DNA of 64,000 bases from Pirellulales bacterium (lineage in GTDB: Bacteria; Planctomycetota; Planctomycetia; Pirellulales; JAICIG01), in assembly GCA_040901675.1 (NCBI GenBank), contig JBBDYJ010000011.1, positions 120,246-184,245 of the forward strand. The letters run 5' to 3'. The position numbers and the translations under genes are program-made. The notes under the pieces are model-generated. The model was not told the origin of the DNA. It saw only the letters and a list, made by a program, of their open reading frames with translations, and made no database searches. This document shows, one piece after another, positions 9,882 to 20,095 of this stretch (its first letter is position 1; every line of letters starts with the position of its first letter).

Positions 9882-9907
9882 GACGGCACACGGAGTGTGC
9901 CTGCTAC
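9882..9907 (-). repeat. GTAG-type REP-like palindrome, copy 2 (inverted)
   Basis: GACGGCACACGGAGTGTGCCTGCTAC, 26/26 reverse complement of 7354-7379. Confidence 0.85.
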
Positions 9908-9952
9908 TTTGGAAGCCTTGGAAACTGACCGTTCGCTTGCTATGAATGGAGC

Positions 9953-10165
9953 ATGAACGCCAACCGATCGACCGTGCTCGTCATCATGCTGGCCCTGCTG
10001 GCCTGGGGCGCCTTCCTGGCCATCGGCGCGTACCGGTTTAACCACAATCCGCTGCGCAGCCTGGTGGTGATGGGCTGTGTGCTCGGCTTCCTGGCCTTCT
10101 GGAAGCTGATGCTCGTCTCGCGGCAAGCCCGCCTGGCCCGCCGCGACGGCATCCGCCGCGGCTAG
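9953..10165 (+). CDS. Small two-TM membrane protein
   Basis: 70 aa, GGAG before ATG, two hydrophobic helices, basic tail. Confidence 0.75.
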   Translation: MNANRSTVLVIMLALLAWGAFLAIGAYRFNHNPLRSLVVMGCVLGFLAFWKLMLVSRQARLARRDGIRRG

Positions 10166-10335
10166 CCGCGCAGGCCGTCCGCCCCCGCCCGGCCGCGATT
10201 GCCCGTCAAGCCCTCCGCCCTAACAATGCAATTGTGCCCTAAGATTGAATTGGGGCATAATCGGCCAGGCGGAACCGGGCCAATTCGACGGGGCCGGCTG
10301 GATCGGACCCAAACACCTCAGGCGGGGAGCAGGCG

Positions 10336-12024
10336 ATGACGCAATTGCAAACAGGCAGCGGGCGGCCGTCGGTCGGCGCCCGGAGCGGCTCGATTGCCAA
10401 CCTTTCGATCGGCGATTATCTGATCCGCCGCCTACAGGACTTCGGCATCCACGACGTGTTCGGGATTCCGGGCGATTACGTGCTGGGGTTCTACTCGATG
10501 CTCGAGCATAGCCCCATCAACCTGGTCGGCTGCTGCCGCGAGGACAACGCCGGCTTTGCCGCCGACGCCTACGCCCGCGTCCACGGCATGGGGGCCGTCT
10601 GCGTCACCTACGGCGTGGGCGGCTTGAGCCTGGCCAACTCGATTGCCGGCGCCTACGCCGAGAAGTCGCCCGTGGTCGTGATCTCCGGCGCCCCCGGCCT
10701 GCGCGAGCGGTTCAACAACCCCCTCCTGCACCACAAGGTCCGCGACTTTGCCACCCAGCTCGAAGTCTTCCAAAAACTCTGCGTGGCCACCACCGACCTG
10801 ATCGACGCCGGCATCGCCTTCCGCGAGATCGACCGCGTGCTCGTGGCCGCCCAGCGCTACAAACGCCCCGTCTACATCGAGCTGCCGCGCGACATGGTCA
10901 AGGTCGTTCCCGACACGCCCTACGAGTTCCGCCAGGCCGAGCCGGCCAGCGATCCGGAGGCCTTGGCCGAGGCCGTCAACGAGGCCGCCCGGCTGATTTC
11001 CGACTGCCACAAGCCGGTGATCCTGGCCGGCGTCGAGATCCACCGCTTCGGCTTGCAGGACGAGCTCTTGAACTTCGCCGAGAGCACGCGGATTCCGATC
11101 GCCTCGACCATCATGGGCAAGAGCGTGGTCCGCGAGACGCACCCGCTGTACGCCGGACTGTACGAAGGGGCCATGAGCCGCGACGAGGTCACGCGCTTCG
11201 TGGAGGAAAGCGATTTGCTCCTGCTGCTGGGCACGTTCATGACCGATATCGACCTGGGCATCTACACCGCCCGGCTCGATCCCGGCAAGTGCATCCATGC
11301 CAGCAGCGAGGACCTCAGGATCCGCCACCACCATTACCAGGATGTGTTGCTGGGCGACTTTATCCGCAGCCTGACTGCCCGCCGACCCCAGCCTCCCGTC
11401 CGCGGCGTGCCGGCCCGCGTGGCGGACGACGGCCAAAAGTTCGAGCTGCGCCCCGACAACCCGATTACGATCGCCCGGCTGATGGCCAGGTTGAACGAAG
11501 CGCTGGACGACCAGACGATCGTCATCAGCGACGTGGGCGACGCCCTGTTTGCCGCCACCGAGCTCACCACGCACGGCCGCACCGAGTTCATCGCGCCGGC
11601 CTACTACACTTCGATGGGCTTTGCCGTCCCGGCAGCCGTCGGCACGGGCGTGGCCCGGCCCGACCTGCGGACGGTGGTGCTGGTGGGCGACGGCGCCTTC
11701 CAGATGACCGGCAACGAGATCTCGACGATCGGCCGGCACGGTTTCCACACGATCGTGATCGTGCTCGACAACAAGGGCTATGGCACCGAGCGGTTCCTGC
11801 ACCCCGGCGACTTCAACGAGATCCATCCTTGGCACTACCACAAGCTGCCGGAGGTCATTGGCCGCGGGCGGGGCTACGAGTGCCGCACCGAGGGGGAGTT
11901 CGACCAGGCACTGGCCCAGGCCTGGAACGACCGCCGGCTCAGCCTGATCCAGGTGCATCTGCCGCTGGACGACCGCAGCCAGGCACTGGCCCGCCTCGCC
12001 GACCGCTTGAGCAAGCGCGTCTGA
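10336..12024 (+). CDS. TPP-dependent alpha-keto acid (pyruvate/indolepyruvate) decarboxylase family
   Basis: [24 protein letters not shown]-binding GDGAFQMT...LDNKGY. Confidence 0.93.
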   Translation: MTQLQTGSGRPSVGARSGSIANLSIGDYLIRRLQDFGIHDVFGIPGDYVLGFYSMLEHSPINLVGCCREDNAGFAADAYARVHGMGAVCVTYGVGGLSLANSIAGAYAEKSPVVVISGAPGLRERFNNPLLHHKVRDFATQLEVFQKLCVATTDLIDAGIAFREIDRVLVAAQRYKRPVYIELPRDMVKVVPDTPYEFRQAEPASDPEALAEAVNEAARLISDCHKPVILAGVEIHRFGLQDELLNFAESTRIPIASTIMGKSVVRETHPLYAGLYEGAMSRDEVTRFVEESDLLLLLGTFMTDIDLGIYTARLDPGKCIHASSEDLRIRHHHYQDVLLGDFIRSLTARRPQPPVRGVPARVADDGQKFELRPDNPITIARLMARLNEALDDQTIVISDVGDALFAATELTTHGRTEFIAPAYYTSMGFAVPAAVGTGVARPDLRTVVLVGDGAFQMTGNEISTIGRHGFHTIVIVLDNKGYGTERFLHPGDFNEIHPWHYHKLPEVIGRGRGYECRTEGEFDQALAQAWNDRRLSLIQVHLPLDDRSQALARLADRLSKRV

Positions 12025-12164
12025 TTCAGTCGGGCGGCGGCCGCGCGGAACCAACTATGACAGCGCGATGCGCCTCCGCTCCGTTGCAGTGGCCGTGGCC
12101 GAAGGGCTTATTGAACGAGTCCAGCCGGCTGCCCGGAATTTTTCCGCAAAAAAACCGCCACGGC

Positions 12165-12190
12165 GGATCCAACGGGCCGGCTGGGGCGTC
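12165..12190 (+). promoter_or_regulatory. Putative ECF-type (autoregulatory) promoter
   Basis: GGATCC-N16-CGTC, preceded by A/T tracts (AATTTTT...AAAAAAA) and 15 nt upstream of the sigma ATG at 12206; resembles the GGAAC-N16/17-CGTC ECF consensus. Confidence 0.45.
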
Positions 12191-12205
12191 TCTAATCCTG
12201 AAAGC

Positions 12206-12757
12206 ATGAACGCCGCTAGCCCAACGCCGCAGGCAGCGATGCGGAATGGACGGCCGGATGAGGCCGATCCGTTGACCGAGGCCTTTGCGCGGCACCAGGC
12301 CGAGATCCTGGGCACGCTGTTTTACCTGGTGGGAAATGTAGAGGACGCCCGCGACGCACTGCAAGAGACATTCGTCAAGTGCTGGCGCCATCGGGACGAC
12401 CTGGGGCGGATCGCCAACCTGAAGGCCTGGATCTTCAGGATCGCCTTGAATACGGGCCGCGACCTGCGCGGCGCCGCCTGGCGCCGGCGCCGCGTGGCTT
12501 TGCCGGGAGATGGATCGATGCTCGTGTCACCCCATGCCGGGCCGCCCGACGACCTGGTGCGCGACGAACAATTGCACAGCCTCCGCCTGGCCGTGCTGGC
12601 GCTGCGGGCCGAAGAGCAGGAGGTGTTCTTGTTGAGACAGAACGGCGAGATGACGTACGACGAGATCGCGCTGGCCGTGGGCATTCCCGTGGGCACCGTC
12701 AAGACACGAATGCGTCTGGCCCTGGGCAAGCTCCGTCTGGCTTTGGAGACCCCATGA
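12206..12757 (+). CDS. ECF sigma factor (sigma-70 family)
   Basis: EDARDALQETFVKCW, NLKAWIFRIALN, MTYDEIA...IPVGTVKTRMRLA; stop overlaps the next ATG (ATGA). Confidence 0.92.
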   Translation: MNAASPTPQAAMRNGRPDEADPLTEAFARHQAEILGTLFYLVGNVEDARDALQETFVKCWRHRDDLGRIANLKAWIFRIALNTGRDLRGAAWRRRRVALPGDGSMLVSPHAGPPDDLVRDEQLHSLRLAVLALRAEEQEVFLLRQNGEMTYDEIALAVGIPVGTVKTRMRLALGKLRLALETP

Positions 12758-15700
12758 AACTCTCACCTGATCTGCACCAGCGGCTGCTGGAGTTTGTATA
12801 CGACCTGTTGCCTGCCCAGGAGTCGGCCGAGCTGGCCCGTCGGATCGAGGCCGAGCCCGAAATGGCCGCAGCCTTGGCCCAGGTGCGGAGCGATACCGCG
12901 CGGCTGGCCGCCGCAGCCAGGCTCGAAGCACACCCGATCGAGCTGGCCCAGCCCGCCGGCGGCGTGCAGCCGAGCCGCCGGCTGCCGGCCGTCGCGCGAC
13001 ATGCGGCGCCTCCCGCTCCGCCGGCCGCCCGTGGCTCGCGGGCCGTTCATTGGGGCTTGGCCCTGGCGGCGAGCCTTCTGCTGCTGTTGAGCATGGCAGG
13101 CCACTGGTCGGACCGCTTCTTTACCGCCGGCCTGGACCGCGATTACAAACGGCTCGTGGTCACCGGTCCGGCGCGGCCGCGGCCGGGCGCGCCCAACATT
13201 TACTCGATCAGGGCCACCTCCGTTTTGGGAAAGCCACTGCGCGCCGAGGTCGCAACCCGCGTCTACGCGCCGGATGGAACCGAGTTGTTCACCCAGGTGA
13301 AGCGAACCGACGAGCGAGGCCAGGCCCGGACCTTGCTGCCGGCCTCATTAGCGCTGGCCACCGGCTCCCGTCTGGAAATCGTGGCGGCCGACGGTGACCA
13401 GAGCCAGCGGGTCGAAACTCGCCTGGTGGTCGAGCTGCCCAGGCGGCGGACGTATCTATCGCTCGACAAGCCGCTCTATCAACCCGGCGAGACCGTTTAC
13501 TACCGCTCGCTGTCGCTAAGTCAGTTCGGCTTGGAAGCCGATCAACCCCAAGACGCCGGGCTGCGGATGGCCTTTGAGATTCGCGATCCCGCCGGTGCGG
13601 TCGTGCCGGGCAGCCAGGTCGAGGGCGTCACTGATCGCGGCGTCGGCAACGGCGCCTTTCAACTGCCGCCCGAGTTGCCGGGCGGGCGCTATACGCTGGT
13701 CGCCCGGAGCTTGGACCAATCGTTTGCCGACCAGGAGCGGGAATTCTTCGTTCGCGAGTATCGACTGCCCAGGCTGAAGAAAGAGCTGGAGTTCACTCGC
13801 GACAGCTACACGCCCGGAGACACCGTGGTAGCCGACCTCGCCGCCACCCAGGCCGAAGGTCCGGCGGCCTCCGCCGCCCAGCTCAACATCGTGGCCAGCG
13901 TCGACGGGCAGGTGGTCCACCAGGCGACGGCCGCGACTGATGCCGCAGGAAGGGCCCAGATCGAGTTTGCTCTGCCTGAAACGATCGAGCGCGGCGACGC
14001 GCAGTTGTCGGTGATCATCGACGATGGCGGCGCAGCCGAGACCATTGCCAAGACCATCCCGATCAACCTGGGCAGAGTGGCCGTGAGTTTCTATCCCGAG
14101 GGGGGCGAACTGGTTGCGGGCCTGGAAAACCGCGTCTATTTTGACGCCCGCGATCCGTTGGGCGACCCGGTACACGTGGAGGGGCACGTAGTCGATGACG
14201 GCGGCCGGAAGATGGCGCAACTGAAAACGATTCATGATGGAATGGGCAGCTTTCGGTTGACGCCCGAAGCCGGTCGGAAATATCAGCTCGAACTCACGAG
14301 CCCGGCCGGCGTAACGACCAACGACTCCCTGCCCGATCCGAACGACAAGGCTTGGCTCGTGCTGGACACGGGCGACGGCGTGTTCGAGGCGGCCGCGCCC
14401 CTCGAACTCAGCCTGCAAGCGGCGCGCACGGACCGCCCGATCGTCGTGGCCGCCGTCTGCCGCGGCGCCCAAGTGGCCGAGCAGGCCACCGTGACCGAGC
14501 GGGGCATCCAGCGCGTGTCGCTGCCGGTGGATCCGCGGGCGGCCGGAGTGATCCGCGTCACCGTGTACGACTACAGCGGCGAAGCGCCCCTGCCGGTGGC
14601 CGAACGGCTGGTATACCGCCGTCCGGCCCGCCGGCTGCAAGTCGACGTGCAGAGTCCCCGCGAGCGATATTCTCCGGGCGAGGCGGTGGAGCTCTCGTTC
14701 GAGGTCAACGACGAAGACGGCCAGCCAGCCCAGGCGGCATTGGGCGTGTCCGTGGTCGACGATGCACTCTTGAGCCTGGCCGACGACGACAGCCCGGCGA
14801 TGACCACCCATTTCTTTCTGACCAGTGAGGTCGACAAGCCAGCGGACCTGGAGGATGCCGACTTCTACCTCGCGCACAGTCCGAAGGCGGCCCAGGCCCT
14901 CGACCTGTTGCTGGGCACGCAAGGTTGGCGGCGGTTCGTCGAACGCCAGCTCGACGAATCGATCAAAAGCGGGCAGCAGGCCCAAGTGACTCGGCTGGCC
15001 GAACTCGGCCCCGTGGCGCCGCCGGCCGTGTTCGATAACTTGCCCAAGCTGCTGCCGGCATACGAGGCGGCCTTGAGCGCGCTGGCCAATAGCCGGACCC
15101 AACGGCTCGGCACGCTGCTCTTCTTTGGCAGCATGGGGGTGCTGCTGGCAACCACGCTGTTGTCGGCGCGCGGTTGGATCGCCGATGGCCGGCTGGGGGT
15201 GGGCGTTGGCGTAGCGGCGGCTGCCAGCCTGCTGGTGGCGATATCGCACCTGCGGTCGCCTGCAACCATAGACACGGCGACCCCGCAGATTGCCTTCCAG
15301 TCTTTCAAGTTGGAGCCGGCGCCAGTTGCGAACGACCTGTATGCCAAGATGGAAGTCAACCAAGATTCCTGGGGCCGCGCGTGGTTCGAGCGGGATCAGG
15401 CGTGGGCCTATGGAATGGCCGGCGGTCTGGGGAATCAACCGCCGGTCACGCCGTTTCAGTTCGGCGACGATCGGCAGCGAAACTTCTTTCTGTTCGGCAC
15501 TAATCGGGAATGGCCGGAATGGGATGGCCTGAACCTGGGCGCCTTGGGCAGGGAGCTGGATGTCGATTACGCCGTTCCTCTGGCCGACCGCTTCGATGCA
15601 GGCGTGCGCGCGATGGGCGGTGAAATGCAAGGAGGAATGGGGCTGGCGGACGCCATGCCGAAACTTCTGTACGAGCAAGACGAGCAGGGCCGATTCCTGG

Positions 15701-17838
15701 TCCGCCAGTACGCCCACCAGCACGCGGCCCGGTCCTCGCCGGCGCGCAGCGATTTTGCCGAGACGCTCTACTGGAACCCGCTGTTGTTGACCGACGCCGC
15801 GGGCCGCGCATCGATCCGTTTCGACCTGTCCGACAGCGTGACCAGCTTCGCGGTCCGAGCCGACGCGCACGGTGCCGGCCGGCTCGGCTCGGCCAGGCAC
15901 GCGATCGAGTCGCGGATCCCTTTCAGCCTAGAGCCCAAGCTCCCCTTGGAAGTCACTGCCGGCGATCGCATCGATTTGCCGCTCTCCATCGCCAACGACA
16001 CCGCGGGCGAATTGGATGTGCAGGTCGAACTTTCCAGCGGTGGCCAATCAGACGCCGGCGAACTGGTCAAGCTGCTGGGTCCGCCGGCAAGTCAGGTTGT
16101 GCTGGCGCCCGGCAAAAAGCAGCGGCACTACTTCTCCCTGCAGGCCGTGGCCCAGGCCGGCGAAGCAATCATCGAGTTTCGAGGCGCCGCCGCTGCTCAG
16201 GATGGCCGGCCGCTGGCCGATGCGGTCCAGCGGCGGCTGCGGATTGTGCCGCCCGGTTTCCCAGTTCACCGCTCCTACGGCGGCAGACTGTCCGGCGAGC
16301 AGCAGCTTTCGATCGACTTGCCCGACGACGTGGTGCCCGGATCGCTCGAAGTCGTCTTGAACGCGTACCCCTCGACGTTGGCCGACCTGCAGCAAGGTTT
16401 GGAGAGCATATTGAACGAGCCGACCGGCTGCTTCGAGCAGGCTTCGACCTCCAACTATCCGAACATCTTGTCGCTGGAGTACCTTGAAGAGCATCGCGTG
16501 GCGAGCCCCGAGCTGACCCGCCGGGCCAAGGGCCTCTTGGCCAGCGGTTACGGAAAGCTGACGAGCTACGAGTCGCCGAGCAAAGGCTACGAGTGGTTCG
16601 GCGCCGATCCGGGCCACGAGGCCCTGACCGCATACGGCCTGATGCAGTTCCGCGACATGGAAAAAGTCTTCGACGTCGACGAGCAAATGATCGAGCGGAC
16701 CGCTGCCTGGCTGCGCAGCCGCCGTGACGGAAAAGGGGGCTACCAGCAGAACCCGCGGGCGCTCGACAGCTTCGGCGGCGCCCCCAAGCACATCACCGAC
16801 GCCTATATCACCTGGGCGCTGGCCGAATCGGGCCAGACCGATCTGGCCGCCGAGCTCGATCACGTTGACCAGCTCGCCGAGACGTCGCGCGACCCCTACC
16901 TGCTGTCCTTGGCCGCCGCCGGCTTGCTTGCCGCCGGGCGCCACCAGTCAGGACGCGAATTGCTCGACAAGCTGGCCCAGGCCCAGGCCGACGACGGGCA
17001 CCTGGAAGGGACCGACGGCTCCATCACTCGCAGCGGCGGCCTGTCGCTGCGCGTCGAAACCACGGCCTTGGCCGCCCTGGCCTGGCTCAAGCTGCCCGAC
17101 TACGGCGGGCAGGCCAACCGCGCGCTCGAGTGGATTGTTGCCAACCGCGAGGCCGGCGGCGGCTTCGGCTCGACGCAGGCGACCATCCTGGCGCTGAAGG
17201 CGCTGGTGGCGCACGCCAAGGTACACCGCGCGAAGATCACCGCCGGAGAGCTGGTGGTCCGGCGCGACGGCGAGCTGGTCGGCCGGCAGTCGTTTGCGGA
17301 CGGCGAGCAAAACACCGTCCGGGTCAGCGGCATTGAAGCCCATCTCAAGGCCGGCATGAACCACCTGGCAATCAGTCTTTCAGGCGACAACCGGATGCCA
17401 TACGGACTCGACGTGAGCTATCGGGCCAGGAAGCTGGAGAATCATCCCGATTGCCCGCTGCGGCTCACCACCCGGCTGGCCCGGCAGCGCGTCAAGGCGG
17501 GCCAAACCGTGGCCTTCTCGGCCGAGCTGACCAACGCCAGCGACCAAGGACAGCCCATGACGGTGGCCATTTTGGGTCTGCCGGCCGGCCTGGAGCCGCG
17601 TCCCGCGCAATTGGAGGAGCTGAAAAAAGCGGGTGTCTTCGATTACTATGAAACGCGGGCCCGCGAGGTGATCTGCTATTGGCGGTCGCTGGCGCCGCGG
17701 CGGCGCGTGCAGATTAAACTCGACCTGCTGGCCGAAGTCCCCGGCAGCTATCTGGGGCCGGCTTCGCGGACCTATCTCTACTACACGGCCGAGCAAAAGC
17801 AGTGGGCCGACGGGCTCCAGGTCGAGGTGAACCGCTGA
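12754..17838 (+). CDS. Alpha-2-macroglobulin family protein with anti-sigma-like N-terminus and transmembrane segments
   Basis: Start MKLSPDL; LSLDKPLYQPGETV (MG2), YSPGEAVEL...LGVSVVDDALL (bait-region domain), RSDFAETLYWNP, thioester motif GCFEQ (CFEQ at 16429-16440), GGFGSTQAT. Confidence 0.92.
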   Translation: MKLSPDLHQRLLEFVYDLLPAQESAELARRIEAEPEMAAALAQVRSDTARLAAAARLEAHPIELAQPAGGVQPSRRLPAVARHAAPPAPPAARGSRAVHWGLALAASLLLLLSMAGHWSDRFFTAGLDRDYKRLVVTGPARPRPGAPNIYSIRATSVLGKPLRAEVATRVYAPDGTELFTQVKRTDERGQARTLLPASLALATGSRLEIVAADGDQSQRVETRLVVELPRRRTYLSLDKPLYQPGETVYYRSLSLSQFGLEADQPQDAGLRMAFEIRDPAGAVVPGSQVEGVTDRGVGNGAFQLPPELPGGRYTLVARSLDQSFADQEREFFVREYRLPRLKKELEFTRDSYTPGDTVVADLAATQAEGPAASAAQLNIVASVDGQVVHQATAATDAAGRAQIEFALPETIERGDAQLSVIIDDGGAAETIAKTIPINLGRVAVSFYPEGGELVAGLENRVYFDARDPLGDPVHVEGHVVDDGGRKMAQLKTIHDGMGSFRLTPEAGRKYQLELTSPAGVTTNDSLPDPNDKAWLVLDTGDGVFEAAAPLELSLQAARTDRPIVVAAVCRGAQVAEQATVTERGIQRVSLPVDPRAAGVIRVTVYDYSGEAPLPVAERLVYRRPARRLQVDVQSPRERYSPGEAVELSFEVNDEDGQPAQAALGVSVVDDALLSLADDDSPAMTTHFFLTSEVDKPADLEDADFYLAHSPKAAQALDLLLGTQGWRRFVERQLDESIKSGQQAQVTRLAELGPVAPPAVFDNLPKLLPAYEAALSALANSRTQRLGTLLFFGSMGVLLATTLLSARGWIADGRLGVGVGVAAAASLLVAISHLRSPATIDTATPQIAFQSFKLEPAPVANDLYAKMEVNQDSWGRAWFERDQAWAYGMAGGLGNQPPVTPFQFGDDRQRNFFLFGTNREWPEWDGLNLGALGRELDVDYAVPLADRFDAGVRAMGGEMQGGMGLADAMPKLLYEQDEQGRFLVRQYAHQHAARSSPARSDFAETLYWNPLLLTDAAGRASIRFDLSDSVTSFAVRADAHGAGRLGSARHAIESRIPFSLEPKLPLEVTAGDRIDLPLSIANDTAGELDVQVELSSGGQSDAGELVKLLGPPASQVVLAPGKKQRHYFSLQAVAQAGEAIIEFRGAAAAQDGRPLADAVQRRLRIVPPGFPVHRSYGGRLSGEQQLSIDLPDDVVPGSLEVVLNAYPSTLADLQQGLESILNEPTGCFEQASTSNYPNILSLEYLEEHRVASPELTRRAKGLLASGYGKLTSYESPSKGYEWFGADPGHEALTAYGLMQFRDMEKVFDVDEQMIERTAAWLRSRRDGKGGYQQNPRALDSFGGAPKHITDAYITWALAESGQTDLAAELDHVDQLAETSRDPYLLSLAAAGLLAAGRHQSGRELLDKLAQAQADDGHLEGTDGSITRSGGLSLRVETTALAALAWLKLPDYGGQANRALEWIVANREAGGGFGSTQATILALKALVAHAKVHRAKITAGELVVRRDGELVGRQSFADGEQNTVRVSGIEAHLKAGMNHLAISLSGDNRMPYGLDVSYRARKLENHPDCPLRLTTRLARQRVKAGQTVAFSAELTNASDQGQPMTVAILGLPAGLEPRPAQLEELKKAGVFDYYETRAREVICYWRSLAPRRRVQIKLDLLAEVPGSYLGPASRTYLYYTAEQKQWADGLQVEVNR

Positions 17839-17845
17839 TCGAACG

Positions 17846-20095
17846 CTACTTGAGCGGCTTGGCGGCCGGCTCCTCGGCCACCAAGGGAATGGCCAGTGAG
17901 TCGCGGCCGGGGCTGTACGACCGCTTGGCGCCCGCCAGCACGTCGGCCCGGTAGAACAGCTCGGGCTTGAGCCGGCCTTCGGAGAGCAGCTTCGCCTGAT
18001 CGAAGTAATGGGGCGATTCCGGATCGCTGCTGGCCCCAAAGTGCGACAGCGTGGCGCCCCGAATACGAGGCCCGAACTCGAACACGCCCGTGTACGTGTA
18101 GCCTACGACCCCGTAATGCTTCGACAAGTAATTCTTCCCGAACGGAAGGCGGATCGTCGGCGTGTAGTACTGTGTAAAGACCACCCCCATCGGCCCGTGC
18201 GAACCGAGACACGGCAGGCTCGGCAGCGCGTCGTCGAACGGCACGTTGATAAAGTCGGCCACGTCCGCGTGACGTTGAATGCGGTACACGTCGCCCCAAG
18301 GCACCCGCCAGTCGCCGTGGATCGACCGCAGCTTGGCCGCGGCCTGGATCAAGGCCTTGAACCGCAGCGGCATGTCGTTCACGAAACGTTCCTGCAGCTT
18401 CTCGCCCGGATAAATGGTGCCGTACATCGCTTCATACCAGGCGACGCACAGCGCCGCTTGCGTCGAGTCGGCCGTCGTGCGGCAATCCCAACCGAGCAGG
18501 TGTTCCAGATAGGGTGCCGCCGTTGCGGCCAGCAATGGCTCAGTCTGCTTCAATTCCTCGAAGGCTTCCTTGTACAAAGGCAGCTCATGCTGGGCCCAGT
18601 AGTTGGTGGTGTCGAAGGCGGCAACCTTGAGATCCTCGAAGGTGACTCCGTGCATGGCCATCAGCAACTGCCGCGAGATCTTGGCCCGCCGCTTGTCGTC
18701 GTCCTTGTCCTCCACCATGTAGGCAGGAAAGTCCTCGCGGCGCGGGTTCACTCCGTGCGTGGTGGTGAAGGGCGTCGAATTGCAGTTCTGAACGTAACCT
18801 TCCGGCGGGTTGAGCAACTGCGGCAGCTCGTCGAGCGTGTGATACCCCTGCCATTCGGTCCGCGGATCGCTGCCGTCGACCGGCTTGCTCCAGTCGAACC
18901 GCGCGTCCCGGCGGGGCACAATGCCGTTGTACAGAAAGTAGATGTTGCCTTCCTTATCCGCGTACACCGCGTTCATGATCGGGAAGTTCAGCGTTCCCAT
19001 GCCCTGCTTGAACTCCTCCAAGTTCGTGGCCCGCACCATCTGTTTCATCTGCCGCAGCAGAAGCGCCTCGTAAAGCTTGGCGATGCGGACCGCCAGGTGC
19101 ACCTGCTCGCTTTCCTCGATCACGATCGGCCCGTGGTGCGTTTTGCGGAACGTATACGACTTCTCCTTCAGGCCGCTCGGCGCCTTGATCTTCACGCTGT
19201 CCTGCCACTCGGTGGCCGTGCGATAGCCGCCGTCATATCGATAGTTCAGCCGGTTGTGAGGGTCGTCGAACGTCACCCGCCAGACGTCGGCGATGTCGGG
19301 CTCGTTGGTCGTAAAAGTCCAGCCCAAGTGCTCGTTGTGGCCCATCGTCGGCAGTGGGCTGCCAAAGAACGTGGCACCGGAAAAATTCCACCCCTCCCCG
19401 CTGCGCAGGTGGGCTTCGTAAAGTTGCCCGAATCCAAACCACGGCTGGTGTGGGTTCGCAAACAGCATCGCGTGCCCTGACCGCGTCCTCGACGGACCGA
19501 TCGCCCACCCGTTCGAACCGACCGCCGCCGCAATGTTGGGATTCGTCCGCGGCGCGTAGTTGTTCGTCAACCGCGTGTAGCGAAAGGCCAATTCCAAGGT
19601 CAGGTGCCGCCCGTAGGCGAGCACGTGCCACGGCTCGAAATGCTCGATCACACGCGGCTTCACCTCGGGGTGCGTCTTCAGATAATAATTCAAACCGCGG
19701 ACAAATGCCTCGCACAGGGACTGCATCTCGGGTTCCAGATCGTCAAAGTCCGCCTGCGACCGCGGCACGATCTCAAAGGCCCGGTTCAGCAAATCCGAAT
19801 TCAGACCCTGCGGACCATGCGCCTCCGAGTAACGCCCCAGACACAGTATGTAGGTGTCCTCGACCTGCCAGAAGTAGTCCTCGGCCTGCGCGTAGGCAAA
19901 CGCGAACACGACCGCCTCGTCCGTCGGCGCCTCGATGTGCGGTACCCCGTAGGCGTCGCGGTGGATCGCAGCTGTGCCGGCCAACTGCGCCGCCGAAACG
20001 ATCGGCTCGATGGCAGGCCTCTTCTCGCCGGCCCAACCACGCTGAGCCGCAAAGCAGGCACACACGATCAACGACGCGATCAAACACCGGGCCAC
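17846..20095 (-). CDS. Penicillin acylase / AHL acylase family Ntn-hydrolase
   Basis: Signal peptide; RDAYGVPHI, YAQAED, autocleavage site GSNGWAIGPSRT, ANPHQPW. Confidence 0.92.
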   Translation of the reverse strand: MARCLIASLIVCACFAAQRGWAGEKRPAIEPIVSAAQLAGTAAIHRDAYGVPHIEAPTDEAVVFAFAYAQAEDYFWQVEDTYILCLGRYSEAHGPQGLNSDLLNRAFEIVPRSQADFDDLEPEMQSLCEAFVRGLNYYLKTHPEVKPRVIEHFEPWHVLAYGRHLTLELAFRYTRLTNNYAPRTNPNIAAAVGSNGWAIGPSRTRSGHAMLFANPHQPWFGFGQLYEAHLRSGEGWNFSGATFFGSPLPTMGHNEHLGWTFTTNEPDIADVWRVTFDDPHNRLNYRYDGGYRTATEWQDSVKIKAPSGLKEKSYTFRKTHHGPIVIEESEQVHLAVRIAKLYEALLLRQMKQMVRATNLEEFKQGMGTLNFPIMNAVYADKEGNIYFLYNGIVPRRDARFDWSKPVDGSDPRTEWQGYHTLDELPQLLNPPEGYVQNCNSTPFTTTHGVNPRREDFPAYMVEDKDDDKRRAKISRQLLMAMHGVTFEDLKVAAFDTTNYWAQHELPLYKEAFEELKQTEPLLAATAAPYLEHLLGWDCRTTADSTQAALCVAWYEAMYGTIYPGEKLQERFVNDMPLRFKALIQAAAKLRSIHGDWRVPWGDVYRIQRHADVADFINVPFDDALPSLPCLGSHGPMGVVFTQYYTPTIRLPFGKNYLSKHYGVVGYTYTGVFEFGPRIRGATLSHFGASSDPESPHYFDQAKLLSEGRLKPELFYRADVLAGAKRSYSPGRDSLAIPLVAEEPAAKPLK

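Noticed and set aside
10166..10335. TPP riboswitch upstream of the TPP-dependent decarboxylase
   Set aside because: No CTGAGA...ACCTGA core visible.
12379..12753. ORF-track N-terminal extension of the macroglobulin (1819 aa)
   Set aside because: Overlaps the sigma gene in another frame; ATG at 12754 gives an ATGA coupling and a sensible N-terminus.
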